A stretch of DNA of 62,600 nt from Dehalococcoidales bacterium (lineage in GTDB: Bacteria > Chloroflexota > Dehalococcoidia > Dehalococcoidales > RBG-16-60-22). The stretch's first letter is position 1. The number at the start of each line of letters is the position of its first letter. The notes under the pieces are model-generated. The model saw nothing but the letters and a program-made list of their open reading frames with translations, was not told the DNA's origin and made no database searches. Shown here in pieces: positions 17,999 to 27,004 of this stretch. The position numbers were made by a program, and so were the translations under genes. The DNA is taken from NCBI GenBank assembly GCA_034430495.1, contig DAOUEG010000115.1, positions 1 through 62,600 of the forward strand, written 5' to 3'.

Positions 17999-19849
17999 AT
18001 GGCACATGGTTTTATGGGTAAAATCCTCTGGGTTGACCTGGCAGCCAAGACCCTCACCGACGAGCCCCTCGATGAGCGGATGGGCCGCGACTACCTCGGC
18101 GGCTACGGCCTCGGGGCGAAAATCCTCTTCGACCGCCAGAAGGCGGGCGTTGACCCCCTCGGGCCGGACGCCATCCTCGGCCTCATGACCGGCGTCCTCA
18201 CCGGCACCGACGCCCTCGGCGGCTCGCGCTACATCATGGTCGGCAAGTCGCCGCTCACCGGCGGCTGGGGCGACGGCAACTCCGGCGGCGCCGTGGGCCC
18301 GAACCTCAAGTTCGCCGGCTACGACGCGGTCTTTTTCAAGGGCATCAGCGCCAAGCCGGTCTACCTCTACATCGAGAACGGCAAGGCGGAGCTCAAGGAC
18401 GCCGGCAGCCTCTGGGGCAAGGACACCTTCGAGACGCAGGACGTCCTGCGGGAGGCCCACGGCAAGGACGTGGAAGCCGCCTGCATCGGCCCGTCCGGCG
18501 AGAAGATGTGCCTGACGGCCGCGGTCATGAACAACAAGGGCCGCGCCGCCGCCCGCTCCGGCCTCGCGGCGGTGATGGGCTCCAAGAAGCTCAAGGCCAT
18601 CGCCGTGAAGGGCAACCTGGAGGTGCCGGTGGCGGACAAGGCCGCCTCCGCCGCCATGCGGAAGAAGCACCTCGCCAACATGGGCCCGGCCCAGCTGATG
18701 AAGGACTTCGGCACCTGCGGCATGTACGGTTTCACCGCCCAGGTGGACGACACGCCCTGCAAGAACTGGGGTGGCACCGCTGTGGTGGACTTCCCGGACT
18801 TCGAGAAAATCAACGGCCCCAACATCGTTGACAAGCAGGAACGGCGCTACGGCTGCTGGCACTGCCCCATCTCCTGCGGCGGCGTCATGAAGGCCTCCGC
18901 CCCGGACAGCGACTACCAGTGGGAGGCCGGCGCGCACAAGCCGGAGTACGAGACCCAGGCCATGTTCGGCGGCAACTGCCTCAACGATAACGTCGCCTCC
19001 ATCATCAAGGCCAACGACATCTGCAACCGCTACGGCCTGGATACCATCGCCGCCGGCTCCTGCATCGCCTTTACCATCGAGTGCTACGAGAACGGCATCC
19101 TGACCAAGGACGACACCGACGGCCTGGAGATGACCTGGGGCAACCACAAGAACATCATCGCCATGCTGGAGAAGCTGGCCAAGCGCGAGGGCTTCGGGGA
19201 TGTGATTGCGGACGGCACCAGGAACGCCGCCAAGAAGATCGGCAAGGGCGCCGAGAAGTTGGCCATGAACGTGGACGGCATCGAAATCCCGGCCCACGAT
19301 TCCCGCGGCGGCCTCAACTTCGCCATCGGCTACGTCGGCGAACCGTGCCCGGCCAAGCATACCCAGGGCGGCGAGGGCCCGCTGCCGAAGGGCGCCCTGC
19401 CGGAGTTCGACCGCGACGCCACCAAGGGCCGCGGCCCGGCCCACAAGCAGGGTGCCGCCTACACGGTGGCCTACAACGCCGCCGGGCTCTGCATGATCGT
19501 CATCGGCGACGGCTACGGCCACATTGACGACTTCGTCGAGGCGCTCCGCACCATTACCGGCTGGCCGATTGACAACGCCGAGGTCATCAAGACCGGCGAG
19601 CGCATCGAGACCATCCGGCAGGCCTTCAACATCCGCGAGGGCCTCACCACCCCGTGGCACTTCCCGGACCGCATGATCGGCAAGCCGCCCAAGACGGTCG
19701 GCCCGCGGGCCGGCGCCACCCTCAACCCGCCGGACCTCACCGACGAGTACTTTACCGAGCTCGGCTGGGACACCAGGACCGGCAAGCCGAGCAAGGCCAA
19801 GCTGGAAGCGCTCGGCATGGCCGACGTGGCCAAGGTGCTCTACCCGTAA
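17999..19849 (+). CDS. Aldehyde:ferredoxin oxidoreductase family enzyme, paralog 3
   Basis: 616 aa. GFMGKILWVDLAAK...LGGYGLGAKIL and CWHCPISC cluster motif. Confidence 0.9.
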   Translation: MAHGFMGKILWVDLAAKTLTDEPLDERMGRDYLGGYGLGAKILFDRQKAGVDPLGPDAILGLMTGVLTGTDALGGSRYIMVGKSPLTGGWGDGNSGGAVGPNLKFAGYDAVFFKGISAKPVYLYIENGKAELKDAGSLWGKDTFETQDVLREAHGKDVEAACIGPSGEKMCLTAAVMNNKGRAAARSGLAAVMGSKKLKAIAVKGNLEVPVADKAASAAMRKKHLANMGPAQLMKDFGTCGMYGFTAQVDDTPCKNWGGTAVVDFPDFEKINGPNIVDKQERRYGCWHCPISCGGVMKASAPDSDYQWEAGAHKPEYETQAMFGGNCLNDNVASIIKANDICNRYGLDTIAAGSCIAFTIECYENGILTKDDTDGLEMTWGNHKNIIAMLEKLAKREGFGDVIADGTRNAAKKIGKGAEKLAMNVDGIEIPAHDSRGGLNFAIGYVGEPCPAKHTQGGEGPLPKGALPEFDRDATKGRGPAHKQGAAYTVAYNAAGLCMIVIGDGYGHIDDFVEALRTITGWPIDNAEVIKTGERIETIRQAFNIREGLTTPWHFPDRMIGKPPKTVGPRAGATLNPPDLTDEYFTELGWDTRTGKPSKAKLEALGMADVAKVLYP

Positions 19850-19869
19850 AATAATTATCCGGTCACCCC

Positions 19870-19899
19870 GGGGCTCCCGATTTCGGGGGCCCCTTTTTT
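19870..19899 (+). terminator. Rho-independent terminator of AOR paralog 3
   Basis: ggggctcccg-attt-cgggggcccc (one mismatch) followed by TTTTTT. Confidence 0.8.
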
Positions 19900-19981
19900 G
19901 CGACAAGATCCTCTTGTTTACGCCCCGGGGACGGGGTATAATGCCTACGAATTTCGCCCCGTTGCAGGAGGGGGAGGCGCC

Positions 19982-20731
19982 ATGGCCGAGGTTTTTTTAC
20001 GCGTGACCAATCTCCACAAGAGCTTCCACGACTTCAAGGCCGTGGACGGCGTGTCTTTCACCATTGACAAGGGCGAGATTTTCGGGCTGCTCGGGCCGAA
20101 CGGCGCCGGCAAGACGACCACCATCCGCATGCTTTCCACCGTGCTCGCGCCGGACGAGGGCGAAATCACCATCGGCGGGCACGACCTCAAAAGCGAGGCC
20201 GAAGCTATCCGCAGCCTCATCGGGGTGTGCCCGCAGGAGCTCGCCCTCTACGAGGACCTCTCCGCCTTCGATAACATGGTCTTCTTCGGGCGGATGTCCG
20301 GGCTCGCCACGCCGGAAGCCAGGGAGCAGGCGCGGGCCAACCTCAAGCTGATGGGCCTCCAGGAACGGGCCAGGGGCAAGGTGGCCACCTTCTCCGGGGG
20401 CATGAAGCGGCGCATCAACCTGGCCATCGCTTTGATGGGCAGCCCGCGGTTCCTCTTCCTCGACGAGCCGACGGTGGGCATCGACCCCCAGTCCCGCAAC
20501 TACATCTTCGAGAACATCCAGGACCTCCAGAAGAAGGGCCTGACGGTGCTCTACACGACCCACTACATGGAGGAGGCCGACCGCCTCTGCAACCGGGTGG
20601 CCGTGATGGACGCCGGCAAGATTATCGCCATGGACACGCCGCGGAACCTCAAGGCGCAGATCGGCGACCCGGACAAGACGACGCTGGAGGACGTGTTCCT
20701 GAACCTGACCGGCCGGAGCCTGCGGGACTAG
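19982..20731 (+). CDS. ABC transporter ATP-binding protein (ABC-2 exporter type)
   Basis: Walker A GPNGAGKTT, signature FSGGMKRR, Walker B LFLDEPT. Start set at ATG 19982 (MAEVFLRVTNL). Confidence 0.92.
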   Translation: MAEVFLRVTNLHKSFHDFKAVDGVSFTIDKGEIFGLLGPNGAGKTTTIRMLSTVLAPDEGEITIGGHDLKSEAEAIRSLIGVCPQELALYEDLSAFDNMVFFGRMSGLATPEAREQARANLKLMGLQERARGKVATFSGGMKRRINLAIALMGSPRFLFLDEPTVGIDPQSRNYIFENIQDLQKKGLTVLYTTHYMEEADRLCNRVAVMDAGKIIAMDTPRNLKAQIGDPDKTTLEDVFLNLTGRSLRD

Positions 20732-20735
20732 CGGC

Positions 20736-21911
20736 ATGAAACGCGCCCTCTACATCACCCTCAACGAGGTGCGGCTCTTCCTCCAGGACAAGGGAGAGCT
20801 GGCCTTCGCGCTGCTGCTGCCCATCGCCACCTTCGCGCTGATGTACGGCGCCTTCGGGGGGAACACGCTCTTCAAGGCGACGGCGTACGTCGTCAACGAG
20901 GACGGCGGCCCGTACTCGCAACGGCTCGTCACGACGCTCGACGCCGTGGACGGCATCTCCGTTGACCTCATCAGCCTGAAAGAGGCCGAGCGCAAGCTGG
21001 AACGCTCGGACCTGCTGCTGGTGCTCGTCATCCCGGCGGATTTCTCGCAGACGCTCTCGTCCGGCGGCCAGGCGCAGCTCCTCTTCAAGCAGCGCGGTAA
21101 CGGCGGCCAGGAGGGGCAGATACTGGCCAGCATCATCCGGGGCGTGGCCGGGAGCATTGACCAGGAGTTCCAGGCGCGGGCCGGGGTGACGTCCTTCACC
21201 GAGGGCACCGGCATCACGCCGGACCAGGTGACGACGGCCGTGCAGCAGTACCTGACCCAGGAGCGGCAGGACCCGACGGTCACCGTCAGCGATGAGACCC
21301 TGGGCGGCGGACCGGACTTCATCACGACCTTCCTGCCCGGCATCATCACGATGTACGTGCTCTTCACCCTCACCATCAGTGCGCGCGCCATTGTCGAGGA
21401 GCGGCAGCGGGGCACCCTCGAGCGGCTGCTGACGACGCGGCTCTCGGCCACGGAGCTGTTCCTCGGCAAGTACTTCTCGGCCACGGCACGGGGGTTCGTG
21501 CAGACGTTCATATTGCTGGCGTTGTCCTACGCCGTGTTCCGGCTCTTCACGCCGCTCACCTTCCTCTACGCGCTCGTCATCGCGCTCGTCTTCGCGGCGG
21601 CGGCCGGGGCGCTGGGCCTCATCATCGCCGCCGTGGCCCGCAGCGAGGACGGGGCCATCTGGATAGGGGTGGTGTTCACCATGTTCACGGTGATGCTCGG
21701 GGGCACCTTCTTCGAGGTGACCGCCGGCTCGGTGCTGGCGAAGATAGGCACCATCTCCATCAACACCTACGCCAACGAGGCCTTCCGGACGGTCATCAAC
21801 CGGGGCGGCCTCGGTCAGACCTGGCCGCAGCTAGCCGTGCTCGGCGGGGTCATCGTCGTCGGTTTCATCGTCAGCCGGCTCCTGTTCCGGGTCGTGCCGG
21901 GGGGTAAGTAG
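20736..21911 (+). CDS. ABC-2 family transporter permease
   Basis: 391 aa. N-terminal TM helix, a large extracytoplasmic loop, then a C-terminal 5-TM bundle. Confidence 0.8.
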   Translation: MKRALYITLNEVRLFLQDKGELAFALLLPIATFALMYGAFGGNTLFKATAYVVNEDGGPYSQRLVTTLDAVDGISVDLISLKEAERKLERSDLLLVLVIPADFSQTLSSGGQAQLLFKQRGNGGQEGQILASIIRGVAGSIDQEFQARAGVTSFTEGTGITPDQVTTAVQQYLTQERQDPTVTVSDETLGGGPDFITTFLPGIITMYVLFTLTISARAIVEERQRGTLERLLTTRLSATELFLGKYFSATARGFVQTFILLALSYAVFRLFTPLTFLYALVIALVFAAAAGALGLIIAAVARSEDGAIWIGVVFTMFTVMLGGTFFEVTAGSVLAKIGTISINTYANEAFRTVINRGGLGQTWPQLAVLGGVIVVGFIVSRLLFRVVPGGK

Positions 21912-21916
21912 GGGCC

Positions 21917-23164
21917 ATGAAGACGTTCAAGCAGATCCTGTTCATGGCCCAGAAGGACCTCAAGGTGTTCGCCACGGACCGGACGTCCCTGTTCTTCTTC
22001 ATCGTGTTCCCCTTCATGTTCATCGTGCTGTTCAACTTCCTGCTCGGCAACGTGGGCGCCGAGGACAACCGCCAGGAGCTCCATATGGCCACGCTGGAGG
22101 GGCCCGGCAGCCTGAGCTACGATATACTCGGCGCCATGGAGACGCAGGACGCCTCCCAGCTCCCGCCCGGCCAGCCGGTCATCGTCTGGGACAAGGACGT
22201 GAGCGCGGCGCGGCAGCAGGTGGAGGACGGCGACCTGGGCGGCTACGTGCTCTTCCCGGCGGATTTCACCCAGGCCCTCAACGCGGGCGCCGGCGCCGGC
22301 CTCACCGTGGTGGCCAACGCGGACGCCACCAGCACGGAGGCAGCCCTGAACGGGCTGGCCCAGGCCATCGCCACGCAGCTCGCTACGTACCGGGTCACCG
22401 TGGCGGCCAGTGTCTCGCTGCTGGTGCAGAGCGGGCAGCTCGCTCAAGCCGATATTTCCCAGGCCGTACAGCAGATGATGGACCGCATACTGGCGAGCGG
22501 GCAGGCCGGCGCGCCGCCGGCCTTCATCACCTACCAGACGCAGAACTACGGGAACGTGGAGGGGACCAACGCGGCGGAGTTCGTGATACCGGGCTACCTG
22601 GTGATGTTCGTGTTCTTCGCCGCGGCCATCACGGCGGAGCAAATCGTCCGGGAGCGCGCCAACCATACCCTGGAGCGGCTGCTGACGACCTCCGTGCCGC
22701 GGCAGGCCGTCCTCTGGGGGATTTTCACCGGCATCTTCGCGCGGGGGCTGGTGCAGATCATCATCTTCTGGACGGTGGGCATTTTAGCCTTCCACGTGGA
22801 CCTGGGCGTCGCGCCGGCGGGCGTCATCATCCTCTCGCTGCTCATGGTGCTGATGTCCTCCGCCTTCGCGCTCATGCTTTCCACCATGGTGCGGACGCGC
22901 CGCTCCGCCGGGGCCCTGGCCAACATCACCTCGCTGATACTGGCGCCGCTGGGGGGCTGCTGGTGGCCGCTCTTCCTCTACCCGGAGTGGCTCCAGACCA
23001 TCGCCAAGATTACGCCGCACGCCTGGGCGACGGACGGTTTCAACCGGCTGATGCTCTACGGGTCGGACTTCTCCTCGGCGGTGCCGAACATGATAGCGCT
23101 CTTCGTCTTCGCCGTCATCTTCGGGGTCATCGCGGTCTGGCGGTTCCGCACCAGCGCCGTCTGA
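21917..23164 (+). CDS. ABC-2 family transporter permease (second subunit)
   Basis: 415 aa with the same topology as the preceding gene. Confidence 0.8.
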   Translation: MKTFKQILFMAQKDLKVFATDRTSLFFFIVFPFMFIVLFNFLLGNVGAEDNRQELHMATLEGPGSLSYDILGAMETQDASQLPPGQPVIVWDKDVSAARQQVEDGDLGGYVLFPADFTQALNAGAGAGLTVVANADATSTEAALNGLAQAIATQLATYRVTVAASVSLLVQSGQLAQADISQAVQQMMDRILASGQAGAPPAFITYQTQNYGNVEGTNAAEFVIPGYLVMFVFFAAAITAEQIVRERANHTLERLLTTSVPRQAVLWGIFTGIFARGLVQIIIFWTVGILAFHVDLGVAPAGVIILSLLMVLMSSAFALMLSTMVRTRRSAGALANITSLILAPLGGCWWPLFLYPEWLQTIAKITPHAWATDGFNRLMLYGSDFSSAVPNMIALFVFAVIFGVIAVWRFRTSAV

Positions 23165-23170
23165 GGCCGC

Positions 23171-25960
23171 CTAGTTCCGATTGATGATGTAGTGGGTGGT
23201 GCCGCTCGTCAGCGTCTCGCTGCGGACGGACAGGATGAGGTAGATGAAGGTCCAGGCGTCCGTCCCGGAATCCATGTCCAGGTGGAGCTCGGTATCGCCC
23301 GGCGTCAGGATGCCGGACGCCCAGGTGACCGCGAACGTATCCACGTCAACGCCGGGGTAGCTCATGTCCGGCCCGGCCCCGTTCCAGACGTTGTTCCAGG
23401 GGCTGGCGCTGTTGGAGAGGTAGGCGCTCGTACCGGACTGCTGGCCGGTAATCTCCAGGCTGTCGCCGGTATAGGCGGCGTCACCCTCGCCGACGAAGCA
23501 GGTGATGCGGGCGGCGTTCGTCTCGGTGATATTCCCGTTGGCGTCCCGGATGGGCTCCGGGACGACGAAGTTGGTGATATCGCCGCCGGGGACGCCGTCC
23601 TGGTCGAAGTCCAGGTTGGTGTTGCCGGGGTTATCGGCGAAGAAGTCCCGCAGGTACAGGTAGTGGCCGGCCGTCGTCGGGCTGGCGTAGATGAGGATCA
23701 TGGACCAGCCGGCGTGAGAGAGGTAGTTGCCGGTGCTGCCGTCAACGTCACCCACGGTGTAGTCCGCGTTGCCGGTATGGTGCTCTTCGCCCTCGTCCAC
23801 CGGGTACGTCTTGACGAGCCGGGACACGTCCGTCTTGCAGCGGTAGAAGTAGCCGCCGAGGCTCGTCGGGGCCAGCAGGACGGCCGAGCTATCGGCTTCG
23901 AGCGGGTCGCTCCCGACGTGCGGGTCGCCGTTGCCGTCGTAGTGGACCTGCTGGCCGTCAATCTCGAAGGTCGCCTCCGTGTCTGGCGGCAGGTTGCGGA
24001 CGAGGAAGTTATCAATGCTGACGGACTGGCCGTGCTCCAGGCCGACGGTATCGAACCGGATGGTGAACTGGCCGGTGGTGTACGCCGCCGGCACGTAGTA
24101 TTCATAGCTGTCGTTGGAACCGGTCACGTCGTCGCGGAAGGCCTCGATGGTATCGCTCCAGGTGGCGCCGTTGTCGCCGGAGACGGCGAAATCGAGGCCG
24201 TCGGACGAGGTCATCGGCACGGTAATCTTGATGTTGTCCACGAAGAGCGCGTCACTGCCGGCAAACCCGACGACCCTCAGGCTGAGCCTGAAGCCGGAGG
24301 TGCGGTATTCCGCAGGGATGGTAATGGTCCACGTTTCCGAGCCGCCGGACAGGTCGTCCCTGAAAACTTCATCGTACGAGCTCCAGGTGGTGCCGTTATC
24401 GGATGAAAACGCGTAGTCGAGCCCTTCCGACGAGCCGAGGTGCCAGTCGTCTTCCGACAGGTCCATGCTCAGGGTCAGGGGCGCGGCGCCGCCATAGCCG
24501 CTGAGGTCGATGGAGGTGTCCATGGTCAGGTTGGCCGCGGTGCCGCCGCTGTTATAGCGGGCGCGGAACCGGTTACTCGAGATAGACCAGGAGCCGCCGG
24601 CCGTCCAGTCGTCGAAGTTGTCACACGTTTCGAGGTACACGGACGCGTCCGAGGAGTCCTGGTCCCAGGTGATGAGTATGGAACCCGGGGTATAGTCGCT
24701 GAGGTCGAGCGTGTCCAGCGTGAGGTAGTCGGCATCGGCCGTGCCGCCGGTGTTCTCGCCCACGTACTCCCCGGACCCCTGCGACCAGTCCGAGGGAGAG
24801 GCCCGGAGCCAGTTGGTGGTGATATCGCCGCCGCTGTCGCTGAGCACGGTGACGATGTGAGAGTCGTCCAGCCAGCCGGTCCAGTAGAGGTAGGCGTCCA
24901 GGGCGTCGCCGTCGGAGGGAACGGAGGTGATGGAGGTGGTGCTCTCTGACAGCAGCGTATCGCGCCTGTCGTACGGGTAGTAGTTGTCCAGCATGAGCGA
25001 GTTGCCGATGGCGATGTACTCGCCGGTCATGGCGTCGCCCATCTGGCGGAGCTCGGACTTGGAGGAGTAGGCGGTAATGGTGGTCCCGCCGACGGTGGAG
25101 GTAATCTTGAAGATGCGGGTGTCCACGTCCCAGGAGATGGGGTACGGGCTCTCGGAGCCGTCCTCGAGCTCGGTGGTAATCCAGGCGATGGCGGTGGGCA
25201 TCTCGTCCGGGTTATCGTCCGGCGGCAGGTAGTCGAAGCTGAGGTCGAGGTGCATGGGGGAGTCCTCGGTGCTGACGTCGGGGAAGTCCGTGAAGAGGGG
25301 ATAGCTGCCGAAGTCGTAGCTCCAGACGATCGCCGTGCCGCCCGGAACGGTCGTTTCGCTGGGTTCCGAGTAGCAGGGGTCCCCGCCGTCCAGGTTTTCC
25401 AGGGTGCTGTTGCCGTTGTAGCGGAACCCCTGCGGCAGCCAGACGCCGATGGAGGTGACGGTCAGGTTCTCGCTGACGTCGGCCGGGTCGTAGTCTATCT
25501 TGATATCGTAGGGCTCGCCGGGAATGGCGCCGGCGGTGCCGGTGACGACGAGGCGCTCGCCTTCGATGATGGACTGGGCGTCCCCGGAGGTGAGGCCGAG
25601 GCTGTCCAGCGTCACATTGGAGGGTATCCAGACGTTCTGGATGGACACGTCCGCGGTGAGGCCGTTGAGCTCGTCGGTCTCGTAGCTGTACACGGTATCG
25701 AAGTCATACGGGCTGTAGCTCGGCCCGAAGTAGTCGTACTTGATGCGCCAGACGCCGTCCTCGATGCCGGAATCCGCCGTGTAGATCGTGTTGGTCTGGG
25801 CCTCGTACGTCTGGTTGGAGCGGAGCGCCGTCATGGACAGCGAAAGCGCCGGGACCAGCACGAGGCTGCCGATGACCAGCAAGATGAGGACCAGTATGAT
25901 GGCCTGGCCGCCCTGGGCGGCGTGGAAACCGGAGAGCCAGCGCTTGGCGTACTGTTTCAT
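23171..25960 (-). CDS. Large secreted/anchored protein with PilX-like N-terminal anchor and internal repeats (pilus-associated adhesin candidate)
   Basis: 929 aa. N-terminal AAQGGQAIILVLILLVIGSLVLV hydrophobic anchor. Acidic, Thr/Ser/Asp/Gly-rich, with almost no Lys. Two ~70-aa repeats. Last gene after two prepilin-like genes. Confidence 0.65.
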   Translation of the reverse strand: MKQYAKRWLSGFHAAQGGQAIILVLILLVIGSLVLVPALSLSMTALRSNQTYEAQTNTIYTADSGIEDGVWRIKYDYFGPSYSPYDFDTVYSYETDELNGLTADVSIQNVWIPSNVTLDSLGLTSGDAQSIIEGERLVVTGTAGAIPGEPYDIKIDYDPADVSENLTVTSIGVWLPQGFRYNGNSTLENLDGGDPCYSEPSETTVPGGTAIVWSYDFGSYPLFTDFPDVSTEDSPMHLDLSFDYLPPDDNPDEMPTAIAWITTELEDGSESPYPISWDVDTRIFKITSTVGGTTITAYSSKSELRQMGDAMTGEYIAIGNSLMLDNYYPYDRRDTLLSESTTSITSVPSDGDALDAYLYWTGWLDDSHIVTVLSDSGGDITTNWLRASPSDWSQGSGEYVGENTGGTADADYLTLDTLDLSDYTPGSILITWDQDSSDASVYLETCDNFDDWTAGGSWSISSNRFRARYNSGGTAANLTMDTSIDLSGYGGAAPLTLSMDLSEDDWHLGSSEGLDYAFSSDNGTTWSSYDEVFRDDLSGGSETWTITIPAEYRTSGFRLSLRVVGFAGSDALFVDNIKITVPMTSSDGLDFAVSGDNGATWSDTIEAFRDDVTGSNDSYEYYVPAAYTTGQFTIRFDTVGLEHGQSVSIDNFLVRNLPPDTEATFEIDGQQVHYDGNGDPHVGSDPLEADSSAVLLAPTSLGGYFYRCKTDVSRLVKTYPVDEGEEHHTGNADYTVGDVDGSTGNYLSHAGWSMILIYASPTTAGHYLYLRDFFADNPGNTNLDFDQDGVPGGDITNFVVPEPIRDANGNITETNAARITCFVGEGDAAYTGDSLEITGQQSGTSAYLSNSASPWNNVWNGAGPDMSYPGVDVDTFAVTWASGILTPGDTELHLDMDSGTDAWTFIYLILSVRSETLTSGTTHYIINRN

Positions 25961-25971
25961 ATCCCTTCTCT

Positions 25972-26493
25972 CTACAGGTGGGGCCGGGCCGCGACATCAC
26001 GGGTGCGGGTGACCTGGACGGCGTCCCGCCCCGTGCCGATGCCGATGGTAATACTGATGTTGTAGCTGTTATTGTCCGACGTGCAGTAGGTCAGCTCCTG
26101 GTCGTCGCTGACGTCGCCGGCGAGGAGGGTCGTGGTGCTGCCGGAGCCGTCGCTGTAGGTGCGGCGCAGCGCCCCGTCCTCGAGCGAGTAAGTGACGGTG
26201 TACACCGTGTTGTCCCACCAGGTCCAGGACATGACGAGGTCGTCCGAGTCCGGGAAGCCGGCGGTCCCGTTGACCGTCTGGGCCATCTGGATGTCCTGGC
26301 CGATCCAGTGCACCGCGTTCATGGCCTGCTGGCTGGCGGCGGTGTAGTCCGAGTTCCTGGCCGTCTCGCGGGTGACCTGGGCGATGGCCACGGACACGCC
26401 GAGACCGATGAAGGCCGTCAGCGCCAGGCTGAGGATCATCTCGATGACGGTAAACCCCTTTTCGCCGGGGCGGCGGCGTGCGAACCGCATCAT
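25972..26493 (-). CDS. Prepilin-type N-terminal cleavage/methylation domain protein (minor pilin/pseudopilin-like)
   Basis: 173 aa. Class III signal RRRPGEKG|FTVIEMILSLALTAF with Glu at +5. Confidence 0.8.
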   Translation of the reverse strand: MMRFARRRPGEKGFTVIEMILSLALTAFIGLGVSVAIAQVTRETARNSDYTAASQQAMNAVHWIGQDIQMAQTVNGTAGFPDSDDLVMSWTWWDNTVYTVTYSLEDGALRRTYSDGSGSTTTLLAGDVSDDQELTYCTSDNNSYNISITIGIGTGRDAVQVTRTRDVAARPHL

Positions 26494-26870
26494 CGGGTCA
26501 CCTTATAATCCTGGAGGGCGTAAATTTCGTGCCCGCGGCGCTCGATGGCCACCGTGAGCAGCTGGATATCGTTGGTGCGGATGTCCTCGACGGTCAGGTT
26601 GATGCTGTAGCCGGTATACTCGTCCGGCAGCGTCACGTTGTAGGTGGCGGCGAAGGGCATCTTCTTGACGCTGTCCATGGTGCTCTCGGCCAGCGTCTTG
26701 GCGCTGGCGTGCTCGTCGGCGGTCACGCGGGAGGTGGAGGTGGTGGCGGTGGCGCTGAGGAAGGCGGCCCCGATGATACCGAGCAGCGCGAGGGCCACCA
26801 GTACCTCGATGAGGCCCATCCCCAGTTCCTGCCAGCGATTGCGTTTCTTCCGGCGTACGTCCGGTTTCAT
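26490..26870 (-). CDS. Prepilin-type N-terminal cleavage/methylation domain protein
   Basis: 126 aa from ATG 26870. KKRNRWQELG|MGLIEVLVALALLGII with Glu at +5. ATGA-type overlap with the next pilin-like gene. Confidence 0.75.
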   Translation of the reverse strand: MKPDVRRKKRNRWQELGMGLIEVLVALALLGIIGAAFLSATATTSTSRVTADEHASAKTLAESTMDSVKKMPFAATYNVTLPDEYTGYSINLTVEDIRTNDIQLLTVAIERRGHEIYALQDYKVTR

Positions 26871-26940
26871 CTCAACCACTCCCGGTCCGCCGCAACGGCG
26901 AAAGGAGAACCCGCGGGCCGGCACGGTTTCCCCTCCCGGT

Positions 26941-26969
26941 AGTATGGCCCCCGTTGCCGGGGGTGTAAA
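26941..26969 (-). promoter_or_regulatory. Candidate promoter of the pilin-like operon
   Basis: Minus strand TTTACA-N17-CATACT. The spacer contains the hairpin cccccg-gcaa-cggggg. Confidence 0.35.
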
Positions 26970-27004
26970 TAGCCTTTTGGTCACTGGGACGTGGCCTCCG
27001 TTAC

